The translations under genes and the position numbers were made by a program. 64,000 nucleotides of DNA from a virus: the IMG/VR virus record IMGVR_UViG_3300018933_000001, positions 82,538 to 146,537 of that record. One strand, 5' to 3'. This document shows, piece after piece, positions 54,265-62,943 of this stretch (position 1 is its first letter; every line of letters starts with the position of its first letter). The notes below the pieces were generated by a model. It made no database searches. It saw only the letters and a program-made list of their open reading frames with translations, and was not told the origin of the DNA.

Positions 54265-54681
54265 ATGTTGTTGATTGATTCTTCGTCTACTAATATAGCA
54301 TTATTATTTCTCTATGCTATAAGTTTGAGGTTTATGTTGTTTGATTATAAGATTACTGCGGTATTTTGGCAGACTTCAGTAGAAGCTTTAAATAAGAAAG
54401 TAGTTAGTTCTACTAAAAAAACTATTAAGAAAGGAGATTTACTACTATATTCTCCTGAATCTAATCCTAATATTTATTGGAAAGGGTTATATGAAATAGT
54501 AGATAAACTTATTAGATGTCCATTTTGTAAAGGATGTTGGGCAGGATATTTTATCTACTTATTTCTAATTATTGATTTTAATAATCTAACTCTAAATATT
54601 CAACAAGTAGTAGAGTTTGCTTTGTTTTCTTGGAGCTGTGGAGTTTTATCTTTAGTATCTACATCTAAGCTAGGAGTATAG
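54265..54681 (+). CDS. Membrane protein with CPxC..W motif (DUF1360-like)
   Basis: GAGG RBS before ATG 54265; LIRCPFCKGCWAGY; three hydrophobic segments. Confidence 0.65.
   Translation: MLLIDSSSTNIALLFLYAISLRFMLFDYKITAVFWQTSVEALNKKVVSSTKKTIKKGDLLLYSPESNPNIYWKGLYEIVDKLIRCPFCKGCWAGYFIYLFLIIDFNNLTLNIQQVVEFALFSWSCGVLSLVSTSKLGV
54292..54300 (-). promoter_or_regulatory. Possible extended -10 promoter for the chaperone/tape measure block, inside the plus-strand gene
   Basis: Minus strand reads TGCTATATT, 40 nt upstream of ATG 54252. Confidence 0.4.
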
Positions 54682-54693
54682 GAGATTAATCAG

Positions 54694-54876
54694 GTGCATC
54701 CACAAGAAGACCCAGATGGCTTATTAAATCCACAAGATATTAGAGATATAGAAAAAGTAAAAGAAAATATAGAAGCAGATAAAAAGAATGGTACTAATAA
54801 AGTTGAGGAAAATATAGCTTCTGATTGTGAGCAATTACAAAATAAGTTAGATAAGAAAAGAAAAGAATTGACATAA
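54694..54876 (+). CDS. Hypothetical protein
   Basis: AGGAG RBS, GTG start. Confidence 0.6.
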   Translation: MHPQEDPDGLLNPQDIRDIEKVKENIEADKKNGTNKVEENIASDCEQLQNKLDKKRKELT

Positions 54877-54913
54877 AAATAGAGGTCTACTTATTATCTA
54901 GGTATGACCTCTA
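54875..54913 (-). terminator. Hairpin between convergent genes, likely terminator of the tail tube gene
   Basis: TAGAGGTC/GACCTCTA stem, with an A-run on its left that gives a U-tract on the minus strand. Confidence 0.7.
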
Positions 54914-54934
54914 ACACTAACTACTTAGAAAGAC

Positions 54935-55696
54935 TTAACAAGAAACCCTATCTCCAGTTTTTATTAGAGTATATGATTGACATCCTCCACTAGGATAAAT
55001 TTCAAGAGTTAAATCAAATCCTTCAGCAGAAAAGTCAATAGTTCCACCAGCAGTAGAAGGTTTAGAGTTAGGTGCATAGAAAATCCAGACATATCCTTCT
55101 GTATCTACTGCACTTGCCACAATTCTATGTTGACCAATCAGTTGCGCTCCAATACCCACTCCTGTTACAGAATACGGAATTAGCATAGAAACTGTTTCTT
55201 TAGCGTTTACTAAAGCAGCACTAAAAGTAATCGCACCTCCTGCACCAATAGTAAAATCTACTTCCTCTTGTAAAGCTTGAGACATCCCGTTAGCTTTCTT
55301 AATAGAAGCAATAGCGTCTGCTCCAGCAATGATAGCGTGACCTAAATTAGGAGCTTGAGAAGCAGGGAAAGTACCTCCTTCAGATAGATTAAAACTTATT
55401 GGGATATATAACTCTTTTGTTTGATTTTCAAAATAGTTTCCGATTCTAAATTGAAGTAATTCTGGTTGAACGTGTTGATAAGAAAGGGTAACAGTTGGAC
55501 TCTCTCCTCTAACATAGGAAGATGTCTTTACTGTTTTACCCAATCTATCTTTACCCATAATGACTCTTTCTTCCTTACCCAAGTCTACTACCATATTGGC
55601 AGGAGTAGGTAAGTGATAAATAAGTCCATCAGATACTCGTTGCAATTTAACTTCAGTAATAGCAACAATAGTAGATTCTTTCTTTGCTTGTGTCAT
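54935..55696 (-). CDS. Putative major tail tube protein
   Basis: 253 aa, beta-rich, last minus-strand gene before the chaperone, followed by a terminator. Confidence 0.65.
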   Translation of the reverse strand: MTQAKKESTIVAITEVKLQRVSDGLIYHLPTPANMVVDLGKEERVIMGKDRLGKTVKTSSYVRGESPTVTLSYQHVQPELLQFRIGNYFENQTKELYIPISFNLSEGGTFPASQAPNLGHAIIAGADAIASIKKANGMSQALQEEVDFTIGAGGAITFSAALVNAKETVSMLIPYSVTGVGIGAQLIGQHRIVASAVDTEGYVWIFYAPNSKPSTAGGTIDFSAEGFDLTLEIYPSGGCQSYTLIKTGDRVSC

Positions 55697-55723
55697 ATCT
55701 TTTTATTTAATGTTTGTTATTTA

Positions 55724-56083
55724 TTAGGTATTCTTTCTTGCATCACCAACAGCAGTTAGAAAAGTATCTAAATCCATAACTACTCCTCGAACTACTTCTC
55801 CTGTGACACTAGCTTGAGCATCAGTAGGAGCATCTGGAGCAGTACCAGCAAATGTTAGTTCTTGCAAATCTAATCGAACTGTTGTACCTGCAATTACCGG
55901 AATAATTTTGACTCGCTTCAATACTTTAGTAGCTGTACTTGCATCATCTTTGGTAACTGTATATTTAAGGTCAACTACATAGTTTTTATTAGTAGTGTCT
56001 TCTACTAGAGTCGCTGTAACCGGGACAGTTTCATCTAGTGTAGTTACTAGCTTGGGACGTGGAAAAGTTAAATTTATTGCCAT
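55724..56083 (-). CDS. Putative virion protein
   Basis: T/V/A-rich, between the neck and tube genes. Confidence 0.55.
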   Translation of the reverse strand: MAINLTFPRPKLVTTLDETVPVTATLVEDTTNKNYVVDLKYTVTKDDASTATKVLKRVKIIPVIAGTTVRLDLQELTFAGTAPDAPTDAQASVTGEVVRGVVMDLDTFLTAVGDARKNT

Positions 56084-56087
56084 AATA

Positions 56088-56630
56088 TTAGTCTGTGATT
56101 GTGATATCTGCTCTTAAAAACGAGTAGATGTTTTGTCCTACTTCATTAATCATTGTTCTATATTGAACTCTTATGCCTGGTTCTACTTTTACTTGACAGC
56201 TAGAAGTTAATAGCAATTTATTAATCTGATAACTAACCCAATTAAGTAAAGGCATTATTTTATCTTGTTTGGGAACTACTAAAGAATAAGAGATAGATAC
56301 GTTAGAAGTTCTATTTAATTTACCGGGTTTCCAATTATCATTTACTCTATAAACCTTTAGTAATGGAAATGCGGTAGTAGAAGAGTGATAAGCATCATAA
56401 GTCTCGTAAGTTCTTACTGCAATATCTCCTAATGAACTCCTTAAACCAGGATTAGCTTCTATAAAAGTTCTGAATTCTTTATTAATGTACTCAAATAAAT
56501 ATTCTGCTAAGTAACTGATGGCTTCATCTTTATCAGGAGTAAGCTCTAAGTTAGCTGAAAACTTTTGAGTAGAACCTAAGTTAGTCTTGTTCTGTAAGTT
56601 CTCTAACGCTCGTGGGTTTAGTTGGTACAC
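56088..56630 (-). CDS. Putative tail terminator or completion protein
   Basis: Position after the virion morphogenesis gene; FPLLKVYR strand. Confidence 0.5.
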   Translation of the reverse strand: MYQLNPRALENLQNKTNLGSTQKFSANLELTPDKDEAISYLAEYLFEYINKEFRTFIEANPGLRSSLGDIAVRTYETYDAYHSSTTAFPLLKVYRVNDNWKPGKLNRTSNVSISYSLVVPKQDKIMPLLNWVSYQINKLLLTSSCQVKVEPGIRVQYRTMINEVGQNIYSFLRADITITD

Positions 56631-57214
56631 TATTCTTTTAACTCCTTAATATCTGATTTAGTTCTTATCCTAGTTTCTCCAGTTAATACAAACTCATTAA
56701 TTACATCAACTATTTCTTTTTCTAATGCCTCATGAATAAATAAGAAAGGTCTAGGAGCAAGTTTACCTTTACTTCTAAACATCTCACTCACTCTTTCGTC
56801 TTGAAGCAAACTAAATGGAATAGTAGTTCCTATCTCAGGAGGTTGATGGTCTTTGGCATAACTAACTTTAGTTCCAAACGTGAAGCTTTCCCGAGTAATA
56901 GAGAAGACAGAATTATCATTACCCATCATCAATGAATTAAGTAACTTACCAGTATCTTTTAGTAGAGGTTTACCCATTCTTTCGGGATGAGTAGCTAACC
57001 AGTTAGGAGTCATAGCAGACCAGTAGATATTACCGTGAGCTAATCCACCTCTATTAGTTAGAGGGGCAGTAGCAAACCTCAACTTAACATCTTCTACTAA
57101 TACTTCTTTGATACCTGCTTCTAGTTGAGTAATATCCTTCTTCCTCTTCAAAGCATTCTCAAACTTCCTACTCAACCCTTCTAACCCACTAAAATCTGCT
57201 GATAAAGTTACCAT
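56630..57214 (-). CDS. Phage virion morphogenesis protein (Mu gpG / P2 gpS-like)
   Basis: W..MTP, LKDTGKLLNSL, FGTKVSYAKDHQ, PRPFL; GAGG before ATG 57214. Confidence 0.85.
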   Translation of the reverse strand: MVTLSADFSGLEGLSRKFENALKRKKDITQLEAGIKEVLVEDVKLRFATAPLTNRGGLAHGNIYWSAMTPNWLATHPERMGKPLLKDTGKLLNSLMMGNDNSVFSITRESFTFGTKVSYAKDHQPPEIGTTIPFSLLQDERVSEMFRSKGKLAPRPFLFIHEALEKEIVDVINEFVLTGETRIRTKSDIKELKE

Positions 57215-57221
57215 ACTAACC

Positions 57222-58121
57222 TCATTTACTATCAACTAAAGTAGTCATTAGATTAAAACTTCCAGCTTCAACAGGAGGATATCTACCATCTAAGCTATCT
57301 ATTACCCTCACTTCATAATAGAGTTTAGTAGGTCTTTGATTAGTAATTAAGTAGAAGTCAGATTCTTTTAGTTGAATTTGAGCTTTATATTCCCTAATAG
57401 CTGAATCAGGAAGTGTCTTAACCTGAATAAACTTAATACCTCCTTTATTAGTAGAAGAGTATATAACTGCTGTATCATCTGGGTCAGAAATGTTTCTCTT
57501 TACTATGAACTCTATGTCTGTACCTTCTTTAGTTAACCTATCTCCATAAATTAAAATGTTAATAGCATGAACTGAGTTACGAGTAAGAGCATAACCATTA
57601 AGAGATACATCTACTCCTTTGATAATGACGTATGTTTGACCAGTAGGAGCCTCAGTTAATATATCTCGTTCTACTTTACTAATAGTAAAAGAAGATTTAT
57701 CTGTTTCTAGAGTTGCTGTTAACGCTCTTGTAATTTTAGGAGATATAGTAATAGAACTAGAATCTGAGGATAAAACTCCTTTAGTAGCTCTCCAAGCTGT
57801 CAAAAAAATATTAGTTCTAGCTGGTTGAACGTTAATAGTAGCAGAAGTTGCAACTCCTCTTTTACCATTAATAGTTGCTTTACTCTTATCAGTAAAGATA
57901 TTAGTTATATTACTAACCCATCTTGTCATTCCAGCAATTGCTTTACTCTTATCAGTAAAGATATTAGCAGTTAACCCTCTAATGTAACTGACTTTATCAA
58001 TAGTCATATTGCTCTTATCAGTTTCTATAGTTGCTTCTAATGACCTAACATAAGAAACCTTCTCTATAGTTGCTGAAGAATTATCTGTACTGATAGTGGC
58101 TTGAAGTGCGTATTTAGTCAT
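57222..58121 (-). CDS. Virion protein with ~21-22-aa beta repeats and a C-terminal Ig/BppU-like domain
   Basis: Repeated LxATIxTDKSxxTIxK; GGAG before ATG 58121. Confidence 0.65.
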   Translation of the reverse strand: MTKYALQATISTDNSSATIEKVSYVRSLEATIETDKSNMTIDKVSYIRGLTANIFTDKSKAIAGMTRWVSNITNIFTDKSKATINGKRGVATSATINVQPARTNIFLTAWRATKGVLSSDSSSITISPKITRALTATLETDKSSFTISKVERDILTEAPTGQTYVIIKGVDVSLNGYALTRNSVHAINILIYGDRLTKEGTDIEFIVKRNISDPDDTAVIYSSTNKGGIKFIQVKTLPDSAIREYKAQIQLKESDFYLITNQRPTKLYYEVRVIDSLDGRYPPVEAGSFNLMTTLVDSK

Positions 58122-58125
58122 AAAC

Positions 58126-58956
58126 TTACTCCCAAACAGAGATAGCTCCAACTGGAATTCTCAAAATATCCAAAGAGTTAATTACTTTAGTTTCGTTATC
58201 TCCAAAAACACCACAATATAAGAGAGTAGTGTTACCAGTAGCAGTTCGGTGTAAAGCAAAAGATTTGATACTTTCCCAATCTGCATTTAGAGCAGCAGGA
58301 AATACCAATTGCATTAAGTTCTTTACATTACGACCTGTTACTTGCCAGTTAGCAGAATTACAAGGAATAGGAATTCGAGTATAACCAGGGGATTTAGAAG
58401 CTACAAGTTCGCCAATATCTCCTGTCATTGTAGGAGCCATAGTACCTAGAGCTAAGTAGATTTCACTAGGAGTCTCAAAAGTTTCATTTCTTAAGAGTTT
58501 CAGTTGAGCGTTAGCTAGATAATCACTCTTAGTAAAAGTAGGTTTAGTTTCTTGGATAATGATTTTTCCGGGAGGGAAATAGTGACCATCTCCTAAATTA
58601 AGACTCTTACCTAAATCAATATGACCAAAGTAGATAGGTACGGTATCTGAAGTTTCATCAAAGATACCTATAGCAACTACTGTAGGAAATTGAGCAATAG
58701 AATCAGGGAAAAATACAGGTTGTTGATTAGTACAAACTCTATTAACTGGTTCAGTCCAATAGCTAACACCAGTAGGATAAGGAACTTTTGTATAACCAGT
58801 AGAACTAGCAGGTTCAGTAAAGTTACCTCCATCAATAGTTGGAAGGGTAGTAGATAGACCAATAAATAGATTGTTGTTGAGAGGAGCTTTTACTAACTCA
58901 CCTTTGAAGAAGTTTAGTAGATTAGCTGCTTGTAACGGACTTTTGTTGTCTGCCAT
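58126..58956 (-). CDS. Minor tail protein with two tandem copies of one domain
   Basis: FIGLSTT.P...EP..TGYTKV..W..N...FP repeated as YLALGT.AP...EL..PGYTRI..W..N...FP. Confidence 0.8.
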   Translation of the reverse strand: MADNKSPLQAANLLNFFKGELVKAPLNNNLFIGLSTTLPTIDGGNFTEPASSTGYTKVPYPTGVSYWTEPVNRVCTNQQPVFFPDSIAQFPTVVAIGIFDETSDTVPIYFGHIDLGKSLNLGDGHYFPPGKIIIQETKPTFTKSDYLANAQLKLLRNETFETPSEIYLALGTMAPTMTGDIGELVASKSPGYTRIPIPCNSANWQVTGRNVKNLMQLVFPAALNADWESIKSFALHRTATGNTTLLYCGVFGDNETKVINSLDILRIPVGAISVWE

Positions 58957-59034
58957 AATGTTTGATTTTTTGACTTTACTTTTATACTAATTGAGTTGTG
59001 TTACTAATATGAAAATTATTCAGTTTGGGAATGA

Positions 59035-59544
59035 CTAACTATTTACTCTCCATCTGTTATATAACTTTTCCCAACCTGCTGACATTAACTGTTTAAAGTA
59101 AATAGGTTCTCCAGTAAGAATAAAGTTTAATTCATCTTGCCAAATAGGGTAATAAGTGAAGCTGTTATTATCAATATAGTTATTGTCTATATCTACTAAT
59201 GAAATTGAGTATTGGAAATGGAATAATCCTTCATGATGTTCTTCATATCTATTAATCCAGATAGTATGTGGAACAAGTAGAGTATGTTCCTTAATAACCT
59301 TAGAAGCTAAACTATATATCTCAGTTGTAATTGACCCAGCTACATGATCATCAAAATCGCTGCATATAACCACTTCATATTCTTGAGGATTAAGATACCT
59401 ACGTTTAACCTTAATAGCTTTACTTGTTTCATCAAAGTCATACAGTGGTGAATAAATTTGTAATCTACAGTTATTATTCTGAGTACCTGTACTTGTATCT
59501 GATTGCCAGTTAAGTATCTTATCTACTTTAAGTGCATTTCTCAT
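59035..59544 (-). CDS. Hypothetical protein
   Basis: 169-aa ORF overlapping the HNH gene. Confidence 0.7.
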   Translation of the reverse strand: MRNALKVDKILNWQSDTSTGTQNNNCRLQIYSPLYDFDETSKAIKVKRRYLNPQEYEVVICSDFDDHVAGSITTEIYSLASKVIKEHTLLVPHTIWINRYEEHHEGLFHFQYSISLVDIDNNYIDNNSFTYYPIWQDELNFILTGEPIYFKQLMSAGWEKLYNRWRVNS

Positions 59545-59881
59545 GACTATCTTCTTTAGTTATGTTATTAGTTATCTTAGTCCATAATGTTAACAATTTA
59601 TCTTCTAAACAAGGTTGATAGATATGAGTACCTTGTCTTAAGTTGCATGATTTGCACGAGTAAAGGAGGTTAAGTTCATTAGTTACTAAAGTAATAGAAT
59701 TATATAGCTTAAGTAGTTTAATAGGAATAATGTGGAATAGATGTCCTTCTCCTAATGATATAGGTAGCCTACATATTGGACATAAATACAATGACTTCCT
59801 AATAAGACTTCTACTAATCTCCCAAGCTTCTCTACTTCTTTTCCAAGTATTAAATTTAGAACGAAATTGACACTTAGACAT
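59528..59881 (-). CDS. HNH endonuclease
   Basis: CPIC, HLFHIIP, NELNLLYSCKSCNLRQG. Confidence 0.85.
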   Translation of the reverse strand: MSKCQFRSKFNTWKRSREAWEISRSLIRKSLYLCPICRLPISLGEGHLFHIIPIKLLKLYNSITLVTNELNLLYSCKSCNLRQGTHIYQPCLEDKLLTLWTKITNNITKEDSHEKCT

Positions 59882-60243
59882 TACTTACGCTTTTTACCTT
59901 TATCTGACCTACCATCTTTATCTTTCTTACCAATAGGACTTAGAGGATTAGCTTTATGAGTTAGATAAGCAGTAGTCCCAAGTAATCCACCTGCTATAAC
60001 TGCACCTGCTAACTTACGTTTATAACCTCCAGCTCCTAAAGCTCTATTCATATTATTTTCTCTAATACCTTTGAACATACTAGATGACTTACCTAACTGG
60101 TACCCTCCAAAACCACCAATAGCTGCTGTAGTTCCAATATGAGCTTTAGCTGCGTTAGGACTCCACATAGCTGTTTTTTCTTTCTTCTCTTTTGCAAAAC
60201 TAGCTTGAATATTAGAAGAACCCATAAATGTAATTTTTTTCAT
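59881..60243 (-). CDS. Basic Gly-zipper protein with ITFMG leader; putative internal virion protein
   Basis: MKKITFMG..NIQASF; two Gly-rich hydrophobic segments; GRSDKGKKRK tail. Confidence 0.6.
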   Translation of the reverse strand: MKKITFMGSSNIQASFAKEKKEKTAMWSPNAAKAHIGTTAAIGGFGGYQLGKSSSMFKGIRENNMNRALGAGGYKRKLAGAVIAGGLLGTTAYLTHKANPLSPIGKKDKDGRSDKGKKRK

Positions 60244-60269
60244 AGTCTTATAATCTTATTGTTTGTTGT

Positions 60270-60881
60270 TTATCCGTACCATAGAGGAATCTCACCATCT
60301 TGAGCAACAGAACGATTCCAATGTCTTCCATCTCCAAAATTAACATCAATATTGTTCTTATTATTCTTATAACTACCTAAGACAGTAAAGTTTTGAGTAG
60401 CAGAAGTCCTTTTATATCCTAGCTCAGGGGTATTTGGAAGTATTAGTCTAGAAGCATTTTGCATTGCATTATCTTCAGGAGCAGATACACCTGGAATATA
60501 GATATTAGTACCTATAAAGTAGCTCTTAAGTAGCTCTTTAGCTTTTTGGTAGATAGTAGAACCTAATCCCCCATCACCTCCTAAACTAGCTATCATTCCT
60601 TGGTCATATAAGGACATCATCAAATCATTAATAACAAATCCTACTACTATCGGTTCTATTAAGGGAATGTCTAAAGGATGTATTGGTAAAATGTATAACA
60701 TCCTAAAGTAAGTATCTATTAATGTCTCATTAGCTAAGATTAGTTCGTGTACTAATTCAACATCTAAATTAGAAGATATAACCGATACATTATCAGAAGG
60801 TATAAGAGACTCAGTAAATATATTAGCTCGTCTACCTAACCTTCTTTGAATTTTCTCTACTGTGCAATATTTATACATCAT
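60270..60881 (-). CDS. Head-tail adaptor, Mu gp36/DUF1320-like
   Basis: YCTVEKIQRRLG...IDTYFRMLYILPI...YQKAKELL. Confidence 0.7.
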   Translation of the reverse strand: MMYKYCTVEKIQRRLGRRANIFTESLIPSDNVSVISSNLDVELVHELILANETLIDTYFRMLYILPIHPLDIPLIEPIVVGFVINDLMMSLYDQGMIASLGGDGGLGSTIYQKAKELLKSYFIGTNIYIPGVSAPEDNAMQNASRLILPNTPELGYKRTSATQNFTVLGSYKNNKNNIDVNFGDGRHWNRSVAQDGEIPLWYG

Positions 60882-61093
60882 CTAAACATTCTACCTATAC
60901 TATGAGCTGTACTAATCCACCGTCTAGTCTCCTGAGCTACTTGAACTCCAGTCTTTACTCTCTCTCTATCTTCTTTATGAGCTAATATACCTGCTTTCTT
61001 AGGTTTCAGTTTACGTTTGTATCTCTTTCTACCCTCTGCATTGGTCTTGCTAAACTCAATATTATTTATATGACCCATAAAAGTAATTCTCAT
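60878..61093 (-). CDS. Small basic protein with ITFMG leader
   Basis: MRITFMGHINNIEFSK; K/R-rich. Confidence 0.65.
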   Translation of the reverse strand: MRITFMGHINNIEFSKTNAEGRKRYKRKLKPKKAGILAHKEDRERVKTGVQVAQETRRWISTAHSIGRMFR

Positions 61094-61094
61094 A

Positions 61095-62654
61095 TTAATC
61101 TTTCTTTCCTTCTATCTGTTTAAGCTCTTTATTGTATTGAATAAGATAGGGTTTAGCTAGATTATGGTAAAGAGCAGGAAACAATATCCCAAATATTACG
61201 TAACTAACTACAAGCACTGCTGTTAGGTTCTTAAAGTTAATATTCTTACCTAAACTTAAAACATTGATATTTAGTAAGTCACTTAACTCAGAAGATAGTT
61301 TAGATTGAGTTTCTTTTATCCTACTAACATCTTCTCTTAAATCTTTAACATCATATTTTAGGTTAGCTACTTCACTAAGAAGGTTATTTCCGTTATTGTG
61401 GAAGATAGTATCATTAAGTCTTTTAAGTTCTTCTTCTATCTTTCTAATAATTATCTCAGCTTTAATTAATCCTTCAGAGCTAGAAGTAAGAGGAGTATCT
61501 ACAAGTTTTCTAAACACATCATTATTAAAATTAGTATTAGTAGAGTAGAGAGTTTTTAGCAGTAAATCAGACCTCTCCTCCATTTCTACTAATTTAGTAG
61601 CTAATGACGCTTCCTCACTTCTATCAATAATTGAAGATAAAACTCTTAAATCTCCATCTCTAATAGCAAGTTTGTTAGACCATTTAGTATCTAAGTGATT
61701 ACCGTCTCTTTTACAGATTTTATAGTTGCTAACTACTAGCTCTACTTCATGGTTAAGTAGCCTCTTAAGCTGTCCTTGCATTGCAATAGTATCTTCAGAA
61801 TTAAGGAGACTGATATCTCTAATATTTTTACCAATAATAGAGCTATCCCAACCTAGTAATTCCTTAGCCTGTTGATTCCAACGAGAAATGTTAAAGTTTC
61901 TATCCCATTCAATTTTTATAAGTAAGCTGCTATTAAAATTCTCTTCATCTAATAAAGCCAATTCAGCCAACCTATTAGACATTAACTCATCTTTAGTAAT
62001 ATCTCTTAAGTAGCTAATAGTTACAACAACATTCTCTCTTAGAATCCTACAAGTATGGTCAAGAACTGTTATATCTTTACCTGATTTAGTAACTAACCTG
62101 TATTTCTGGTAGAAAGATGCTGTACCTCTATCCAAATAAGTCAGTAGCTCAGATTTAAAAGACAGAATATCTTCTGGGTGGACAAAAGAAATATAAGGTT
62201 GAGCTAGTATTTCTTGTTTTGTATATTCAAGAAGCCCAGCTAAATTATCAGATATATCTTCTGCAAGACCCTCTTTTGAGTTAACCCATTGAATAAGAAA
62301 TAGATAGTTTTCTTTAAATAAGGTACTTTCTAATAAACTATCTGACTTTTGACTACCAACTAAGATAATGAAATTGAGATATTTATAACCAAACAAAGTT
62401 AGTGATATCTCTTTCTCACTTCTTGGGTCAGTAACTGTAAAATCTCCAATATTCTCGCCAACCTCAAAAGCTTTATTTAGAAAGTCATAAACAGATTCAG
62501 CATAAATCGGCCCTTGAGCGTTAATAAAGCTACTAATAGGTTTATCTAATCTATCAGTACGGTAGCTAGGGAGATAGTACGTAATACTATCACTTATATA
62601 TCGGTAATAATACTCATCCTCAATTTTTTCAAATAATACACTAAATACAATCAT
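61095..62654 (-). CDS. PAS-PAS-coiled-coil protein with a C-terminal TM helix and no enzymatic output domain
   Basis: PAS1 YISFVHPED...QKYRLVTKSGKDITVLDHT; PAS2 IEWDRNFNISRWNQQAKELLGW..IIGKN...KRDGNHLDTKW; heptads; LTAVLVVSYVIFGILFPALY. Confidence 0.9.
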   Translation of the reverse strand: MIVFSVLFEKIEDEYYYRYISDSITYYLPSYRTDRLDKPISSFINAQGPIYAESVYDFLNKAFEVGENIGDFTVTDPRSEKEISLTLFGYKYLNFIILVGSQKSDSLLESTLFKENYLFLIQWVNSKEGLAEDISDNLAGLLEYTKQEILAQPYISFVHPEDILSFKSELLTYLDRGTASFYQKYRLVTKSGKDITVLDHTCRILRENVVVTISYLRDITKDELMSNRLAELALLDEENFNSSLLIKIEWDRNFNISRWNQQAKELLGWDSSIIGKNIRDISLLNSEDTIAMQGQLKRLLNHEVELVVSNYKICKRDGNHLDTKWSNKLAIRDGDLRVLSSIIDRSEEASLATKLVEMEERSDLLLKTLYSTNTNFNNDVFRKLVDTPLTSSSEGLIKAEIIIRKIEEELKRLNDTIFHNNGNNLLSEVANLKYDVKDLREDVSRIKETQSKLSSELSDLLNINVLSLGKNINFKNLTAVLVVSYVIFGILFPALYHNLAKPYLIQYNKELKQIEGKKD

Positions 62655-62660
62655 TTCATT

Positions 62661-62936
62661 TTATACTTTATGTTTAGGAGTTACTCTAGGAGTTAATAGT
62701 CCTACTGCAATACCTGTCTCCGCACTTTTCTTAATATCCTCATTTACTCTTAGTCTTCCATTAGAAATACCAAATAAACCGACAGTTGAAAGAATTAGAC
62801 TTGTAAAATCTTCTTTAGTTAGTTTCCCATCATAAATCCAGTTAACTACTGGAACATAAGCAACGGACAACCAAAGAGCTAAAGAGAATAGAAAAGTTTT
62901 ACTTAGATATAGAGAGCGTTTCATAGTTTCTTTCAT
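62661..62936 (-). CDS. Putative holin (2 TM)
   Basis: 91 aa next to the endolysin; YLSKTFLFSLALWL, LILSTVGLFGISNGR; charged C-tail. Confidence 0.7.
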   Translation of the reverse strand: MKETMKRSLYLSKTFLFSLALWLSVAYVPVVNWIYDGKLTKEDFTSLILSTVGLFGISNGRLRVNEDIKKSAETGIAVGLLTPRVTPKHKV

Positions 62937-62943
62937 AAATTAA

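Noticed and set aside
54868-54897. TTGACA-N18-TATTAT, a possible antisense promoter into the tail tube gene
   Set aside because: Suboptimal spacing, overlaps the terminator hairpin, and such matches are common in AT-rich DNA.
58677-58862. 61-aa Leu-rich alternate-frame ORF that might be an embedded spanin or membrane peptide
   Set aside because: No lipobox Cys, not in the lysis cassette, and Leu richness is expected from a shifted frame of NCT/NTT-rich codons.
61095-62654. LOV photoreceptor or truncated histidine kinase
   Set aside because: No GxNCRFLQ cysteine and no H-box or ATPase remnant; the ORF ends cleanly in a TM helix.
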